A DNA stretch of 64,000 nucleotides. Source: Phoronis australis (taxonomy: Eukaryota; Animalia; Phoronida). The notes beneath the pieces were generated by a model. The model was not told where the DNA came from. It was given only the letters and a program-made list of their open reading frames with translations, and did no database searches. Shown piece by piece: positions 61,599 through 64,000 of this stretch. Within the stretch, counting starts at the first letter, position 1, and every line of letters begins with the position of its first letter. The stretch is taken from assembly GCA_002633005.1 (NCBI GenBank), contig NMRA01000231.1, positions 576,263 to 640,262 of the forward strand, read 5' to 3'. The translations under genes were made by a program, and so were the position numbers.

Positions 61599-63349
61599 TA
61601 TGCGCCCACATATTTATATGTTGACGCATTATGCCGTCATTTGCGTCCGTCCGCATATCCGTCCGTCCGGGTGGCGTCCGCTGCTCTATCTCCAAAACCG
61701 ATTGAGGTATGTTGTTGGATGGGACGGCATGAGTGAACTTTCGAATGGATCCAAGTACTGGTGTGCCCCCTAGTGGCAATTCTAGTTTTTTACTCTTACC
61801 TTTGTATCTTCAAAAGTCCTTTACGGATTTTCATGAAATTTGGTATGTAGGCACCTATTAGTGAGATGACGCTGTCCTCTTGTTTTCGGATGGATTCGAT
61901 GTAGTTTGTGCCACCTAGTAGCCATTTTTACTGTTTTCGAGTCTGTTTTTTGCATCTAACCCTCTATCAACCAAACCGCTCAAAGGATGATTGTGAAAAT
62001 TGGCATGTATGTGCTTACTATGAAGAGGACAGTTGACGATGATTTTCCGACTATTTCGACTACTGTGGCGTCTCCTAGTGGCAGTTTTTTTTTTGCGCCT
62101 ATAGCTGTATCTCCTAAACCGTTCGCAAGATCTTTACTTAACTTAGCAAGTGTATTTATATGATGTTGGCTACGGATGACGACGACTTTCGAACAGATCT
62201 GAGTACTGCTGTGTCCCTTAGTGGCAATTTTAGTTTTTTACGTTTAACTCTCAGGGCTTGGAATGACCCATGACAAAATAAGAGGAAATTTTTACAACCC
62301 TAAACATGCGTGCACCCAGCCCGAAAATGGGGGACTCGAATTTTTGTCGATGTGGACCTTTTGCATATGGAGGACTAAAAAAAAGGTACCACCTCCAGAA
62401 GCCTGCGTCTGCGTCTTTTTAGCTCGTCTGTCCACCCCCACCTCCAAACATTTCACATTTTTGGCTGCAGAGCCGTAGTATTTGTCACCGCAATTTACAA
62501 TCTCACGAGATGCCATTAAAGAAAACCACGCTTTCTCAGGTGCCCCGGCAATGATGACAATTTAGGTTCCTCCGAAACATAAAGAGCAACTTCCGCTTTT
62601 CGAGGAGAAAGTCGTTGGCAACGCCATGGTAAGAAAGAAATTTGCCACGGAAATTTTATATCAAAACCGATTTTTTTACGCGGAAACATAATAAAATACG
62701 CGGACAGAACATTTGAAAAAAGCAGAAATACGCGTTTCCGCGGATAATTCCAAGCCCTGAACTCTGTATCTTCAAAGGTCCTCAACAGATTTTCATAAAT
62801 TTCGAATATAGCCATCTTTTGGTGTGATAAAGCTGGAGTTGAGGTATTTTGCACCATTTAGTGGCCATTTTTGCTGTTTTCAAATCTTGTTTTTGGCATC
62901 CACCCCTGTATCAACCAAATCAATATGAAAATTGGCATATATGTTCTCAGTGTGAAGACAACGTTTGATAATGGTGACTGACTACTGTGGCGCCTCCTAG
63001 TGGTAGTTTTGTTTTGCGCCCATAGTTGTATCTCCTAAACTCACTGCAGGATCTTTATTAAATTTAGTAAGTGTATTTATATGAAGATAACAACAGAGGA
63101 CGACGACTTGCAAGCGGATCCAACGGACACTGTGCCCATTAGTGGCAATTTCATTTTATTCTGTTTTCCTTTGTTTCTCTGAAGTTCCTTTACAGATTTT
63201 TATGAAATATGACATGTTCCTGTTTTTGGATGGATTGTATGTTCTTGCGCCATCTAGTGGCCATTTTTATGATACAAATAAATAACCCTAAAAGCACGCC
63301 ATTTGCAATGCATTCGTGGGCGCATTTCAACGCTCCGCGTTGCTCTTGT
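61599..63349 (+). mobile_element. Complete Helentron-derived HINE with about 150-bp internal tandem units
   Basis: 5' subTIR atgcgcccac, (GTCC)n microsatellite, 8 units, 3' subTIR gtgggcgcat (63316-63325), hairpin caacgc-tcc-gcgttg, terminal cttgt. Confidence 0.88.
62252..62759. mobile_element. MITE with CAGGG termini and 6-bp TSD, nested in the HINE
   Basis: TIR cagggcttggaat / attccaagccctg; aactct duplicated at 62246-62251 and 62760-62765. Confidence 0.85.
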
Positions 63350-64000
63350 GTATTTGTGCAACTCCTACATTTTTTTAGGATGCTTCGAACAAAATTGCAA
63401 AATTGCATGGTTATGAAGTGCTTTGGGGCATTTTGGCAGTTGGCCATTTTCCTGGATTGTAACTTATTAAAGGTTGTGCAAATCTCCAAAGGGAATGCTT
63501 GCCTATGTACATTTCTAACAACCTTCGAATTGTGATTTCATGTGCTACTCGATGTCTCAAAAACCCCAGTAAGATTTTGACGAAATTTGGCACAAGGGTC
63601 ATGGCCCTGTTGGCCTCTATCTAAATCCGCCACTGAAGGTGTTGGGCAACACTATGATGGTTCATGCCACTTTTCAATCAGCCCTACCCCCTGGCATATG
63701 AAGGGCGTGGCTCTTCCTGTATTTTTTGGGGAAGAGCATTTCCGGATGATATCTAGAGAACTGATTGAGACAGATTTCAATGAATATATACTCAGCAGTA
63801 TATGCGGACAATGTGCTGGCACCATTTGATTTTGGATGTAATTTGACAACTACAGCTCCTCCTAGTACCAAAAAAGCAAAGTGACGAACTGACTGAATGA
63901 AGGTTCATCAAGCTACAATGGAGAACCAAATGGGAGAATTAAGTAATGCAGTAAAGGAAAGAAACGACATCCTGAGAAACTTTGTTGACAAGGGGCCTGT

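Noticed and set aside
63360-63870. Minus-strand piggyBac-like (RGQQGHDPCAKF) or Harbinger-like (HIL..S.YSL, LHNHAI) transposase relic
   Set aside because: Motifs are short and mutually inconsistent, and part resembles a HINE unit; needs a frameshift-aware search.

Overview
Eukaryotic, AT-rich, very repeat-dense genomic DNA, most likely from a marine invertebrate animal (inferred from its mix of Kolobok, Academ, Harbinger, Helentron, Crypton-like, Ngaro/DIRS, Tx1 and Crack/Daphne elements). One host gene can be rebuilt by hand. It is a minus-strand immunoglobulin-superfamily cell-adhesion gene (L1CAM/contactin/neuroglian-like N-terminus). Five GT-AG exons with compatible phases (45818-45764, 41624-41501, 33730-33537, 19740-19585, 5672-5535) span about 40 kb, and the gene continues further left. 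Its introns and the right third of the window are filled with nested transposon relics: at least five TTAA-flanked Kolobok families (several keeping convergent THAP and KolX/P2X7-ballast-like mini-ORFs), an Academ element inside the 3' UTR of a Crack/Daphne LINE, a Tx1/L1 LINE, a spliced Harbinger transposase and a spliced Myb/SANT gene, a P-transposase C-terminal relic, a Gypsy 3' end with LTR, Helentron-derived HINEs carrying arrays of CTCF-like motifs, and many MITEs. A decayed NACHT/NLR-like sequence lies antisense in one intron. There is no prokaryotic system, CRISPR array or rRNA. All family assignments come from motif recognition by eye, not database searches. Ns at 26284-26309, 56417 and 57972 limit what can be said about adjacency.
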